The notes below the pieces were generated by a model that saw nothing but the letters and a program-made list of their open reading frames with translations, did no database searches and had not been told where the DNA came from. Source: Callorhinchus milii (Eukaryota). From it: DNA of 64,000 nucleotides. Shown here piece by piece: positions 12,421 through 26,345 of the stretch; position 1 is the first letter of the stretch, and every line of letters begins with the position of its first letter. The stretch spans positions 28,708,001-28,772,000 of the forward strand of contig NW_024704743.1 of assembly GCF_018977255.1 (NCBI RefSeq). The letters run 5' to 3'. A program made the translations under genes and the position numbers.

Positions 12421-15400
12421 AAAAGTCACTGGTTTAACTAGTCCTGCTCCACTATCCACACGAAAATGTCGCACCGAATTTCTCAGATAGAAAAATAACC
12501 CTAGGTATATATAGGACAAATGCTGGGAACTCATGGCCTAACATTTATAAATTTCACTATCTATGACTCATGGGTTATTTTGATATAAGTGAGATAAAAC
12601 CTTAAAACCCGTGTTCTGTTTTTCTACCTATAACATTTTGCTGATTTGAAGGAATTCTACAATAATAATAATAATCCTTTCATTTGTTATAAATAATATT
12701 TTTGCTGGTAAGCGGAACACTCTCCAACCATCAACCTTTTAAAGTGAACAAATAGCCCCAGTCCCACTCAGCATAAATGTGAGCCAATTAAATGTGTGAC
12801 CTCGTAGTAATTACAAGAGGTTCAGATGAGGAAGGTTCTTTGGCATTTGATCTTATCTTTCCGAAGTACTCCCTTACTATCCTCCCATCACAGCTTCGGG
12901 GTGTTTCATTTATGCTGGGATCCAGTGTGATGGGATCCAGTATCTAGTGTGATCGCACCACTTGCACCATTAGAGTTAGCTTGTCTAATTATTGCTCACA
13001 TAGCTCATTCTAACAATGTTTTCTCTGCTGCATTCACAGTGTCACGGTGGCCAGAACTGTGTGCAATACTCTAGGTGCAAAGGCCTGACTTGTGTACTTG
13101 CCAGCTTGAGCATGACAACTGAGGATCTGAGCTCAACTAATTTGACAATACAGCCCAACATCATGTTTGCTTTGGTAATGGCTGCCTCACATCGTTTTGA
13201 CAGTGACTGACACCAACCACCCTTATTTCTCTTTCAACTTCTCCATTGGCAAATTCCACATTTAACACCTCCCTCCATTTTGATCTTACTCCCCTAATGA
13301 TTACCCTATATATCCTTCCCTGTAGCCAGTTACTAATCCACATCAATATCTTATTTTTGATAGTCAGTGACGTCAGTTTGTGAAGTATGGTACTTTGTCA
13401 GAGGCTTTTTGAAAAGCTAGTTATATTACATTATATGGCTTCCTACAATGAAATTGAGATGTCTCCACATCAAAAAAGTCCTTAAGATTAGTCAGACAAG
13501 ATGTACCCCTTCTGAAGTTATGCTATCTGCCATTCTGTAAGTTATTTTCCCAAGATAATCTTCCAATTTGCTTTTAATAACAATAATAAATTGGTCACTC
13601 AATCCACGACTCTTTGTGGGACACTGCTGTGCGCAATTGGCTGCCACGTTTTACCCACAAAATATACAGTCAATTCACTTTACAGTATATTCTTTGATGT
13701 GCTTTGAGACTTCCAGAAGAGGAGCTAACAATCTGGCAAAATTAGGTGAGCAATGGGCCATTTGTTTACAATTTGCTTGTAAATGTGGCAGGTGATACAG
13801 TCAGAGACATATTACTGTCTTGTCTCACATTTATTTTCATTAAAAAAAACTACTTAGAAAAAAAAAGCAAGTATCAGGTGGTGGAGGCACGAGGGTCTTA
13901 ATAGCCCCATTCTGTGCAAAAAATTTCTATTTCCATTTATTTCCTAACCACAACAGAAGTTCTTAGTGACTAGGACCTATTTGTGAGGATGAGCACGGAA
14001 ATATTGCATTGGCTTTACTGGAGTTTTCTACAGCGTAAAATCGCTTGGGGGTACAGTATGCCGGTAAACCTCCGGAACACAGCATTTGAATCTCACAGTA
14101 TATCCGCCAGGAAATGATGACACTTAATTTCCTACAATATGTTTTTGTTACGTTTATTTCAATTGCAGTTATTCCACTTTGGTAGCTGATAAGCGAATAG
14201 AAACTGAAAAATGAAAATCATTTACACGACACACACTATATCCCTTCCTGTTAATATTATATTTTTAGAACCAAATTCTAGTTAAGTGAGCATTTTTAGC
14301 ATAACATGAAGTAAACAGGTTCATCAGCAAATTCCAACGAATTGTATTTTTTAACCTTTTATCGTGTTTACAGACCGATTTCTTTACTCACCCTTTCAGT
14401 AGCCTCAAGCAGCAACCGTTTTATTAGGGTCACAATGTGGGACACAAACACATTCAAAATAGAGAAAGGTGGAGACGTGCAACAGGTCGAAAACTGAAAG
14501 ACATCTTAATGTTTCTGCTCTCGATTTTTGCCACATTCATCTCCAAAGAGACTTCCCGAGGCTTCAGCAATACAATAAATTACAAATTTACATTTATTTA
14601 GCGCCTTTCACATCCAGAGGACACCCCAAGGCACTGGACTGTTCAGGGCTTTCACCTGAGCTGAGAGTGTGTATAGGGTGTGTGTGTGGGGGGGATCGGG
14701 AGTGTGGGGGGCAGATGGGGGCAAGGGATGGAAAGGCTGAACTGGATCTTGTTCTGCTGTTCCATTAGATCAGATTAGATGTTTTTTTTTAGGTGACATG
14801 CCTGGAGGTGATGGCAAGCAGATCCTAACCAATTCTTCGGGCTGAAATTCCACATAGCCTTATCCTCTCGGGCCAATTTGTCTTAAAATTTAAGATTGCG
14901 CTGAATAGTGTAAAAATCTTAAAATTCTTTAATTTGGAAAATCAGCTTCCGAAATAAAATCAAATTTAAACAATGTTCACAAATCTGCATGAGGCTTTAA
15001 GCCAAGATGTTCTTACAGGCTACGGCTAGAGGGAATTTCAGGAATCGGAAGAACTAGTGTTGCTGCTGGTTAGGGAGGGCTTGCTTCAAAAGTCATGTTC
15101 AGTGGACCTCTGCCATTGCCTCCTATAAGCAGAGAAATCTGGGCTCCTCATTTGTGATTCATTCTTCAAGATCCACCTCAAGACCTTCATCTTTGACCAC
15201 ACTTTTTGCCATCTTCCCCTCCGCTGTCCACCCGATCCCCACTCCAGCTCAGGTGCATATTCTAGACTATGCAGCGCCTTGGGACGCCACCCTGATGTGA
15301 AAGGTGCTATATACATGTAAATTTATATTGTATTGTCCGTTGTTTTCCTTGACAGATTGCTTCAAACATGCCAGCATTCCTCCTCCACATAATCTCCTGG

Positions 15401-18400
15401 TTTGTTTTTCCACTTACATCACTTTCTTCCCGCTTCCCACTGCCTCCTGTTGAGATCACAGTTTGTATGATACTTCTTTGCTGGAAGACTGGTAATCTAA
15501 CAGTTTTGGTGAATTTGGCACGAAGGCTCTGTGTACTTGTCTGTTCATGTGCAAACAGCAGGAGTTGAGTGTCCAGGGCCCAGTATGTGTCTATGTCAGC
15601 CATGTGTAAACATATGTACACAGGGAATTACAGGCGCTCTTAATTATGCAATTAATTGCCAGTAAAAAGGTTGTTAATTGCAGGTGCAATTAAAACATGT
15701 ATTACATATGGTATGTAACACACAAGTGGTGCACAATACACATTTATACATGGTGTATAATGCACATGCATTTACCCTGATATATGTTGCTCAGTCATTT
15801 ACATATGGACCCAACCTTATCTCATTTCAAAACAAAGGAAAGAGACCTCTTGAGGAGCCAGTGTAAGTATCAGTCATATGGTGTTCGGCACCTTTACTGA
15901 GACCCAAAATAACACTTGACTCAAATAAAATAGCACATTTGGAAAAACCCTCTTTAATCCAGTGAGTCTCTATTTGTTAAATGGGATCTTGCCACAAATG
16001 CGGTCAACTATAAGCATTGTGTGCAGCGAATGGGTTTGAGCAATACAGTGGTGAGACATTCTTATCCCTTTTCAGGATAAAGGGAAGAGATATCTTGAGG
16101 TGCTTTCTGGTGCTACATTGCACCAATCGTGGTGCTGGAAATACAGTGAACACAATCACGAGAGCACTGCTGTCAAGTGAAACATGGGACATGTCTCTCG
16201 GCCTCCTTGCCCCTATCTGAAATATTGTTTTATTCCAGTAAGCCTGGGAGAGAGAGGGGTTATATTGCCAATGGCTGTTATCTGTTATTTAGAGCTCTGA
16301 AAAGAAGAAGCCAACCTTGTAATGATTTCCTTATTTGAACTCTTGATTTTTGTTGAAGTAACACAGAATTGGGATAAATGGATGGGTAGTACCATTCCTT
16401 AAACATGAGTTTGTTTTAAGTCCTGAGAGGATTTATGTTCTTTATGTTTATATTCTGATTTATGTTCTGAACATAAATTTTACTCAACCATGACGCAAGG
16501 CAAATACTTCTCCTTTTCGAGTCTATGCTTGGAAATGATACAATTTTTTGCGACATGAAGATCACTTCTCTATTCTTACATTTTAATTTTGTTAAATGGC
16601 ATTATTTAAAAAAGAAAGCGAGACAAACCATTAAGAGATTTAAGAGAACAATTTATTGTAAATGCTAGTTAAAAACAGTCATGATGAAAATCAAGATAGG
16701 TGCGATTCACTATTCTTGCTGAGCAACACGTGTATCATGGCATTTCATGGATGTGACACATGGAATTTCTGCACTTAAATTGGTCAGAATGAGAAAGGTA
16801 AAGACAAACAAAAAAAATTCCACTGTTTGAATGCAAGATTGTTCTTATCATGAAATCACAATAACTTAACTGGAATAGCATGAGATAGCATTACTTTCTC
16901 CTTATTCAAAACATTAAAAGAGCTCAGGGTTTTCCTCTTTCCATTACTATTTGTTTTTTAAACTTATTCTGAACAACAATGAAAAAATAAAAGATCCCAT
17001 GATGTGCACAGTTACAACACACAACACAGTTCAAAGACACTGAATACAGGAAACCTCTGTTGTTTACGGCAAACCAGAGGAAATGGAAAATCGTACTGTA
17101 TTATTCTCAGACACAACACAGTATGTCATGCTGCTATTAAAAGCTTAATATAAAATATTACCTGCTGTTATCTATTTTAACATTAATTTATTTTAGACCT
17201 AATATTTTAGACCTAATGTTTTAGACCTCAGATAAGTTTCCTTGCTCCACACATACGCGTGTTTACCTAAGCAGTAAGTAGGAACCTGCTTCTTAGTTGA
17301 TTGGTGGATTGCTTTCCACCAATTGATAATAATCCCTCCAAAATAATAATTTGGTCACTCAATCCACGACTGTTTGTGGGACACTACTGTGCACAATTGG
17401 CTGCTGCATTTCTCCTACAAAATATACAGTCAATTCACTTTACAGTATATTCTGTGAAGCGCTTTGAGACGTCTCAACGATGTGATAAGGTGCTATATCA
17501 AATGCAAGGATTATTATATTATTATAATATACAAAAGCAACATAAAACATAAAAATCTCTTGTGTAAAACTAATCATAAAATTGATATTACTTCAAATAA
17601 CTTCCAATTTGGGGAGGGGAGGCAATTGTTAACATAAGAACGGTGACTGGAGATGATGAAGCCACGGTTCAATGGTAGAGATGGGAGAATACTCTTTGAG
17701 ATTTTGCTCTGTTGCCTCCTGGCCAACAATCTCCCAAATAGAATCGGTCATTCATTCCACGCCTGTTATGCGACATTGCTGTGCGCATGCTGGCTGCTGC
17801 TTTTCACCCACAAAAATACAGTCAGTCCACTTTACAGTATATCCTGTGAAGCACTTTGAGATGTCTTATTGAGATGATAAGGTGCTATATCAAATACAAA
17901 GATTATTATAATTATCCAGAATATGCCTGTGAGTGGGACAGAAATGGAGTGAGTGGAACACAGTCCACCATAGGATAGGTTGTATGTGTTCTGTGGAGAG
18001 GGCGATCATAAGTGACCAGAATGGCCTTTCCTCATTCCATGCCTTCTTACATTCTTTCAATGCAACATCATCTGTTTCTACTATCAGGCAGAGTTTTGTA
18101 TATTTTTCAGAAAGATTTTATTGCATTACTAAAAATAACCAAAAGGAGGTCCTGCAAGTTGACATGATACATTTCTAGTTAATGACAGGATTTGCCGTTT
18201 GTGAACTGTTGTATATTAGTCCCTATATTACTGTAATATAATGTATATACTGTTTTACTGATCCTTGTATGCAAGCTGAATCTTTTGATAAATGTAGGGA
18301 CACTGGAACTACCGTGGAGTTGCTGGTATTCTAATGGTTAAATTCTTTTGCCTTTAATTTTATAAAACTCCTTCTGGGGTACTGCGTGTGTTGCAACCAT

Positions 18401-18986
18401 CATCCCACAATTTTTAAAAAATGTGGTTTTATCATTGCTTTTCACAAAAAAAGAGCATGTTGCTGTGGAGGTTTTGCAGCTGACTGCACAAGGGGGATTC
18501 ACACATGCACAGTGGTTCTATACAGACAAGACTATAGTACCAGTAATTCTGTTAAAAAACAGCCAACCCACGGGCTTCTCCCCAATGGCAAACAAAAACC
18601 CTGGATTGCTTTACTGAATCCCTCTCACCAATTCAAAAATTGCAAATAAGAAACAGAGCAGCACAGAGCACTTGTCTCCAATATGAAAATGGATTCTTAT
18701 GCTGTGGATCTGCCCCCACCCCCCAAAAAAAATTATTCTGTATACAGAATACCTGGAGACATGAGGAAAAGTGTTGGGAAGCAATCTGCTTGCATGAAAA
18801 TTAAAAATATGGAGCATAACATTAGCTTTGGAGATGAACAGAAGGACTTCCTGATGTAGCAGACAAACTAACAAATTAGATTTATTATTATAAATTATAC
18901 TTATGTAGCATCTTTCACATTGGAAGGATGTCTCAAGGCATAAAGCCAGTATTCTAGCTCGGGGTTATCCATTTCAGCTGCTTATA

Positions 18987-20030
18987 ATAATAATAATCCT
19001 TGCATTTGATATACTGCCTTATCACATCAACAACAACAACAAGATTCCATTTATAAAGCGCCTTTCACGTCAGGAGGACGTCCCAAGGCGCTGCACAGTT
19101 GGGTCATGACCCGAGCAGGGGGGAAATGGTCAGGGTGAGGGGAGGGAAGGGAGGGAGCGAGGAGGGGGGAAATGGTGAGGGGAGGGAAGGGAGGGAGCGA
19201 GGAGGGGGTAGAGAGTTGAGAGGGGAGCTGAAGGTTCGGTCAAAGAGAAAGGTTTTGAGACCGGCCTTGAAGGAGGAGAGGGAGGAAGCGGCGAAGGCAC
19301 TGGGGGATAGAGTTCCAGAGCCTCGGGGCTGAGAGGCTGAAGGCCCGACCACCGATAGTAGGGCGATTGGGGCGGAGGATGTGGAGCAGACCGGAGCCGG
19401 AGGAACGGAGGGTACGGGCAGGTAGGTAGGGGGATAGTAGGTCAGAGAGGTAGGAGGGAGCGAGGCCATGGATGGCCTTATAGGTGAGGATGAGGATCTT
19501 GAAATCAATCCTCTGGGGGATGGGGAGCCAGAGGAGGCGAGCGAGGGTGGGTGTGATGTGGTCCCGAAGCCTGGCGATATTCCGGAGGTGATGGAAGGCG
19601 GTGCCAGTTGTGGTGCGGATGTGAGGGAGAAAGGACAGCTCAGGGTCGAACAAAACGCTGAGGTTCCTGACTGGCTTTGAGAGGTGGAGAGTGCAGCCTT
19701 GGATGCTGATGGTGTCTTCGTTCAGACCTCGCAAAATGCTTCACAGAATATACTGTAAAGTGAATTGACTATATTTTGTGGACGAAACATAGCACAGCGG
19801 TGTTCCACAAACAATTGTGGATTGAGTGACCAAATTATTTTTTTTAAGGGATTATTACCCTCAGAAAGTGATCTGCCAATTCATTAACAACCGGGTTTTT
19901 ATTTACTGCTAGGTAAACATAGGCGTGTGGAGAAAGGAAACTTGCCTAAGGTTACACCGTGCCTGGGAATCAAATCCAGGTCTCCTCACTTGCGAGGCGA
20001 GTGCTCTAACCATTATACTATAGGACTCCA
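18987..20030 (-). mobile_element. Family A SINE split by an L2 insertion
   Basis: Tail at 18987-19028, remainder at ~19717-20030. cttata present at both outer ends (apparent TSD). Confidence 0.88.
19029..19716 (-). mobile_element. 5'-truncated L2 LINE with internal deletion, nested in a SINE
   Basis: ORF 19240..19734 contains VRNLSVLFDPELSF, HLRNIARLR, HITPTLARLLWLPI and LAPSYLSDLL. (CAA)n tail. Confidence 0.95.
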
Positions 20031-20456
20031 CTTATACAGTAAGAACTTAAGGTGATGAAGGTAATTTCGCCCATTTAACCTCATCCTTCCAGAACCTTCC
20101 ACCCCTTACTGTCTTCCCATAACAGCACTAAGATGTTTCTTAAATAAATTCACTGCCCTGGCCTCAACCACTCTTCCTGGTAACCCTGTTGTTGATTTAA
20201 AAATACTTCCTGGAATCAGTTCTGAATTGCCCCTCACCATCTGACCTTGTGACGTGGCATATTGGAAAGTATTGTTGAAGGTTTACTTTCTCTATCTATA
20301 CAGCATTTCATGTTTCTCAATAAGACATTTTGAGGGATAAGAGACTAATCTTATACAGTCGTTCCTCATCACTAATTTCTGTAAAGTAGGGATCAGTTCA
20401 TTTCATTCCTTTATACTGCATCCAAACAATCTAAGATTTCTTCAGCCCTGGGATGA

Positions 20457-20750
20457 TAATAATAATTCTTGCATCTAATATAGCTCTTTATCACGTCGTC
20501 GAGATTTCTTAAAGCGTGTCACAGGATATACTGTAAAGTGGATGGATTTTGAATTTTGTGGGCGAAATGTGGCAGCCAGTTGTTAACGCCCCATCCGAAG
20601 TTTGGCACCTCCTTCAATGCAACAATCCTCCGCCAGCGTTGCATTGGAGTGTTAGTTTAGACTATGTGATTCCAAGTCCCAACGTGGGGCTTGAACTCAC
20701 AATATTCTGACTCAGAAGCGTGAGCACTACCACTGAGCCAGGCTGACACA
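20457..20750 (-). mobile_element. Family B SINE with internal deletion
   Basis: Shared tail plus head ...ttctgactcagaagcgtgagcactaccactgagccaggctgacac. Confidence 0.85.
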
Positions 20751-20884
20751 CAAGATGCGTACAGTATTCAAATAATGGGAGCAGATCTCCTACTACAGCC
20801 TGAATAACAAGTACTGGCACCAGTCTAAACCACTTCTTTATATTAGTGTCTTCCAGCGCTGTAAATACTGCAGTCTATTACTCC

Positions 20885-21253
20885 CATATCTACCTGTCTG
20901 CTCCCTCCGCTCAGCGGCCTGCTACATGTTCCCCGTACAGCTCGCCCCACCTTGGCGGTCGGGCCTTTAACCTTTCTGCCCCCACCCTTTGGAAGACCAT
21001 CCCACAGTCCCTTCACTTCCCCCTTCCCTTGGCTCCTTCAAGGTCCATCTCACATTTCTCTTTGAGTGTGCCTTTGGTCACTCTCCTACTCCCACCCTCC
21101 CTGCCCTCCACAACGACAACAACTTGGATTTATATAGCGCCCTCCACCCCTCCTGATCCCAACTGTCACTCGGGTGCAAATCTTTGACTGTCCAACACCT
21201 TGCTATGTCCTCCCACATGAAAAGCGCTGCATAAGTGTAATTTGTTGTTGTTG
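20885..21253 (+). mobile_element. L2 LINE 3' end
   Basis: GGRAFNLSAPTLW remnant (ORF 20846..21187) and (TTG)n tail. Confidence 0.85.
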
Positions 21254-22759
21254 CAGCAGTGCATCTGCACCTTCCTATAATGTTGTAGTCATCACAGAGT
21301 CAAATGTGACAAAAGCCCACAACCACAGATCATTGCTTCAGCCTTAACCTAACTCAACTAAAGCACTGTTAAAGATTTATCCAAATCTATCTCTTAAATA
21401 CATTTTATTTCTTTGAAAAAAATGTTACTGCAGTCCTTAAAAAGGCCTGAAACAGGTCATAACCCACACATCAAGGTCAACAGGCCTTGAAATAGGAAAA
21501 ACGGGAACTGAAAATCCTCATACTGTGATCACAAGTAATAAGAGCACTTGTGCAAGTTTGCAAATTAATTAGATGTGTATTTAACCAACAGCCTTGAAAA
21601 ATCAAACTCAAGTTTGGGTAAATTTTCTCCTGCATTGCACAGACGAAGCCGCGGCAACAATAAATTACATTTTTAAAGAGTCGAGCCCTCCCACTGAGTC
21701 CTCCTACAGGAGTCCTCCCAGATGAGTATATATAAAGATGAAATGTCTGCCTGTGTGTCAATCTACATTCCATATTGGATCTTTTGGTTGCAAGCGAAGC
21801 TGCAACAGGTACAGCTAGTTATAAAATAATCACATAAAATTATAAGATGTTTCAGTGGAAAAAGATGTAACCACTCACAACTCCTTGTGGTGCTGAGAAC
21901 TGAAGCAATAAGATCAAACAGTGAAAGGGTAGCCCCCTGAAGCTTATTTCCAGTATTTTTTTAAAAAAAGATTCATACCTTTACATCACCTCTCGTCTTT
22001 CGCAGTCCCAATTTCTATAAAATACAACAAGATGTCACAAAGGTTTGGAGTTAGACATTCATCACCTTAAAGCACAAAGTGGCTTGACAGGCAAACAACT
22101 GGGAATGTGGATATCTATGCTCTGTGACAACATTGTGCTTTATGAATAATTTACTCCATTTGAGCAACTGATTAATAGGAAATTGAACATGAGTTCATAA
22201 AGGCTTGTCAGTAAGGAACAGTCATCATCAGTGTTTTCCCTCCTCTCGATGGTTTGCATTTCTAACTGTGTTAGTTTTTCAATGATGAATGAACTTTTCC
22301 CAGAGACTGTAGGAGGTCTCATGATGACTGACCTACTACAGATTCCTTTTAAACACTAATCTTGTCTTCAGATTTAGTAAAGCCTAATGTCACAATTGTC
22401 AATCTCAACTATTGATTTGTGAGTATTATAGATGAGTACAAGCATTTGCATATCTTTGTGGAGAAATATAATAAAATCCCTCGAATTCAGTCCTCCTGCA
22501 GTAGTTGTACCCAATCTTCAGTCGAATTATGGTGTCAAAAGGTACATTTCATAGTGATAAAGGCAGCTGCATCTCGAAGCACTCGGTGAGGCACTGGATT
22601 CAATTGAAAATTCAAAATGTTTAGAAACAAATTCTAAGCAACAGGTATTTGAATACTATGTATTTTTGTATACATATTCTGAGCAATACAATTTAACATT
22701 CAGTAAAGTTTTTTGACTTTTAATTATAAAACTCGTGTTTCATTTTCAAATTACAGTTT

Positions 22760-23135
22760 GTGGAATCCTGTAGCATATTGGTTAGAGCAGTTGCCTCGCA
22801 AGCGAGAAGACTCGGGTTCAATTCCCGGGCAGGGCAAAACATTAAGCAAGTTTCCTTACTCCACATGCCTCTGGTTACCTAGCAGTAAATAGAAACTCGG
22901 TTGATTGGGGGATTGTTTTCCGGGCAGTAATAATCCTTTAAAAAAACTGAATAAGTAATAATTTGGTCACTCAATCTACGACTGTTCGTGGGAAACTGTT
23001 GTGCTCAATTGGCTGCAGCGTTTCCCCCACAAAATATACAGCCAATTCACTTTACAGTATATTCTGTGAAGCATTTGGGTGTCTCGAAAACGTGATAAGG
23101 AGCTATATGAAATGCAAGGATTATTATTATTATTA
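22760..23135 (+). mobile_element. Full-length family A SINE
   Basis: gtggaatcctgtagc head, B box ggttcaattcc, shared tail and (TTA)n. Confidence 0.9.
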
Positions 23136-23690
23136 CAATTCCAGAGTAGTGACTCTCAAATTACTGACTGGTATTGATAGACTTCACCACACAGAATACA
23201 TAATAGGTTGTAGCAGCCATACCGTCAAATCAAAGGTTGTCTTATCCTCAGAATTACAGATTAAGAGCTATTGTGGAGAACCTGAGAGGGAGAATAAACA
23301 TCAGTTACTGCTATAGCAGGGAGAAAGAGAGCTTATAAGATGCATGGTGCTTAAAAATTACAGTGAAGGATATGAATGGCATCAGTAAGGCAATTGATGG
23401 GAGTGGGAGAAGCTAAACCCAGAGTAATTGAAATGTCAGACATGACATTTGAATCGTATTGTTTACAAAAATGATAATGTACAATCCTCAATTTTAATTT
23501 AGTTAAATGTTTTATTCTGGAGGATGTACGATTGCTCTGATTTACATTATTTGCTAGGACACTGCGCTCCATGGCTTACAAGTATGGTGTTGTCTGATCT
23601 CAATTTGGAATCCTGACTTTAAATTGTGAGTGTACGACAGCAGAGTGAACATGATCAACAAAGACTGAGTGAAAATCTGAAAAGATCATA

Positions 23691-23872
23691 AAGTGAAATT
23701 CTGATAACCTGGGATAAGTTGTCAATCCCACATAGCTGGTCACTCATACAATATCCCAGCTATTCGAGTACATTCTACTTTCGAGATACTGAATTTTGGT
23801 TAACTAGTTAACTCTGATAAGTAGTCATTTGAGCTATTTCCCTTGGGGTAATGAATTATCAGACTTTCACTG
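23691..23872. mobile_element. Tc1/mariner-pogo (Tigger)-like MITE
   Basis: TA|aagtgaaattctgataa ... ttatcagactttcactg|TA: 17-bp TIRs with 2 mismatches, CAGT-type end, TA on both flanks. Confidence 0.7.
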
Positions 23873-24077
23873 TATTGTCAGTCAGAGCAGAGGTAGACCG
23901 CTGAGCTAACACATTGCTCCCTTTTTGGACCATGGCACGTGGGTCCGATCTGAGAATTCTCTGGTTCGTGATATTCACTGCTGTGATCAAGCTCTCCTTG
24001 AATCTGCTTAGCATCAGGACTCCTTAAATTAAATTCCCTGGTATAGGACGTCTGTCTTTAATCTAGGACATCTTTTA

Positions 24078-24427
24078 GCAATTGATATAGCGCCTTATCA
24101 CGTCGTTGAGACGTCTCAAAAGTGCTTCACAGAATATATCGTGAAGTGAATTGACTGTATATTTTGTGGGCGGCAGCCAATTGCACATCAGTGTCCCACA
24201 AACAGTCATAGACTGAGTGATCAAACTATTGTTATTTATTTAATTTGTACGGATTATTACCGCCGGAAGCGAAACCAACTAACAACGGGGTTCCTACTTA
24301 CTGCTAAGTAAACAGAGGTGTGTGGAGTAAGGAAACTTGTCCAACATTTTGCCCCGTCCGGGAATCAAACCCAGAACCTCTTGCATGTGAGGCGAGTGCT
24401 CTAACCAATACTCTACACAGGACTCCA
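24078..24427 (-). mobile_element. Family A SINE
   Basis: Reverse complement of head, middle and tail; (TTA)n end missing. Confidence 0.88.
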
Positions 24428-24744
24428 TATTAAAAGTATGATTATGGTTATTTCTGATGCAGAATGAACTAGTAGAAAAAAAATAATCAAAGCAGAGGTT
24501 GTACTTTTTTTAAATTTGGTTTTAATGATTTCATAAATGACATTTGTTAGTGAGAGTTCCAACTGCAATGTTTAAACCCATGCAAAACAGTCAACAGAAA
24601 AAGCTCCATGAACACATCAATCGGAAGCTTTTAAAACCTTACCCAAATCTAACAGCGTTCACAATCCTTGCTATCATTTAATGATTGTGATTAATACAAT
24701 TGCTATTTTAAACATATTCTAGTCTAATTTGTCTCGTAATAGCC

Positions 24745-24930
24745 AAGCCTGACCCCTACCCACCCAACTAGTAAATGGTGCTGCAAAGATACCAGGATCA
24801 GGAACCCTGGTTCGTTTTCCCCTCACTAACCCTGGGAATGCCGGGGCAAATTTAGCCTCCCCAAACAGCATGGACCAGGATTCAAAACAGGGACCTCTTG
24901 GTCCATAAGTACAGCTCTATCGACTAAACC
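24745..24930 (-). mobile_element. Relic of a third, older tRNA-derived SINE family (family C)
   Basis: aggaaccctggttcgttttcccctc...ggacctcttgg resembles 40228-40372 (aggaatcctagcttattttctcctt...ggacctttttgg). Related pieces at ~44020-44255 and 63015-63085. Confidence 0.5.
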
Positions 24931-25055
24931 AACAGTTTACTACATTTTTGCAGTATTTCTTAACAGATTTCTTAAGAGCTGTGGAGTTATGCTAAGAATA
25001 CATCCTGCGTTGAACCTTCAGTACATCTGCCATTTTAGTAATTTGATATCCACTT

Positions 25056-25061
25056 TTTATT
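25056..25061 (-). terminator. Candidate EXOC2 polyadenylation signal (AATAAA)
   Basis: tttatt on the plus strand, about 450 nt downstream of the stop codon. Other hexamers occur further on and there is no transcript evidence. Confidence 0.35.
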
Positions 25062-25514
25062 AAAAAAAACTTTAGCAAGTACAGCAGATTAGACCCAGGT
25101 ATCATCCCTTAAGAAATGACTTTGAAAACATGGTCAGAATCCTAATCTGGACAAAAATCTGTTCTGCATCTGACAACCATTGATCCTCACATTTTTGAAA
25201 ACACATGAATTGTAACATGTGAAATGCACTTTAATTAAATTTACAGAAAAAGACATTGATTGTGGCACATAACTGAACTGCACATGAATACAAATGTCAT
25301 CTCTTTTTTTAAATCAAGGTTTCATACTTCGTGAACATGTTTGAAACAGCCTAATAATGAGATGTAATGTGAAAAAATCTTTTTGCCAATTTTCTTTTGT
25401 TGGAGAGAGATAGAAAGCAAAACCACACTTTTTTTTAAAAAAAATTAAGTTTCCCTTGCCATGCTATCTGGTTTGCAAAGTAAAAAAACCACATACTTTG
25501 AGGACTTTCATGTT

Positions 25515-25608
25515 TTATATCTTTACTATGCTCAATGAGGAGGGTTGGAAGCACGTGAGTTGTAACTGCATGCTGCTCTTGAATTTGTTGAGGAGTTCTT
25601 CAAGTAAC
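25515..25608 (-). CDS. EXOC2: EXOC2 last coding exon, 94 nt coding: [30 protein letters not shown]
   Basis: ctcacag|G TTA CTT GAA... ending in TAA at 25517-25515. Phase 2 start. Matches the EXOC2 C-terminus [21 protein letters not shown]. Confidence 0.97.
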
Positions 25609-26081
25609 CTGTGAGAGTGGCAAGATAGTTGGTTTATAATAGTGCACAATTATTGGATAATCAAATTCACTTTGAAATGTTCAAAGGCAGCCACAGTAAA
25701 ACAAGTACATCACTGATTTGTCAACTTTGTGACTGCCAATCCACCTGGGCAACAACGGGCAGCTTTAACCCCTTCAACCCCACAGCAGTTTTCCCGTCTC
25801 CACATTGTTGGATTCATTATGAGAACTGCTGAACGATACACTCTAAGGTTAAACCTAGGCCAAGCCACTATCTGATTGGATATGTAAAATAAGCATTGAG
25901 CGGTTCAAGGTTTCACACTTGAAGTGTCTGATCAAGTTTTTTGTCTCCTATTCTGCTTTGTCTTCAACTTAAACATCATTGTTTCCCTAACTAATTTAAT
26001 TTATCCTACCGTTTGAAAAATATTTTTGTTGCAAAAGATAATCTTTCACTAGCCCCTTTTATCATTCTGATAATGATCATT

Positions 26082-26345
26082 GGTGTCAGTTTGGTTCAGC
26101 TCGTATCATTCTCGTCTCTGAGTCAGAAGGTTGCGGGTTCAAGCCCCACATCAGGACTTTGAACTCCCTGTCTAGACAGACATGTAATACAATGCTGGGG
26201 TTGCACAGCGTTGTTGGCGGCGCTTTCCTTCAGATGAGATGTTAAACCGAGCTTCCATCTGTGCCCGCTCAGAGTAACAATCAGGTGATCCTTTGGAACC
26301 TTTCAAAATGTGGAGCTTTTCCTGGTGTCCTGGCCAACATTCCCA
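26082..26345 (+). mobile_element. Family B (DeuSINE-type) SINE, followed tail-to-tail by a minus-strand family A 3' part (26357-26540)
   Basis: ctctgagtcagaaggttgcgggttcaagcccc head and gatgagatgttaaaccgag Deu-like segment. Confidence 0.85.

Noticed and set aside
1..25000. IRF4 or other coding exons downstream of EXOC2
   Set aside because: No IRF-like or other recognisable peptide found; the listed ORFs derive from repeats or chance.
25765..25852. piggyBac-like MITE (TTAA|CCC...GG|TTAA with internal cagcagttttc/gagaactgctg)
   Set aside because: Terminal repeats match over only a few bases; too weak to call.
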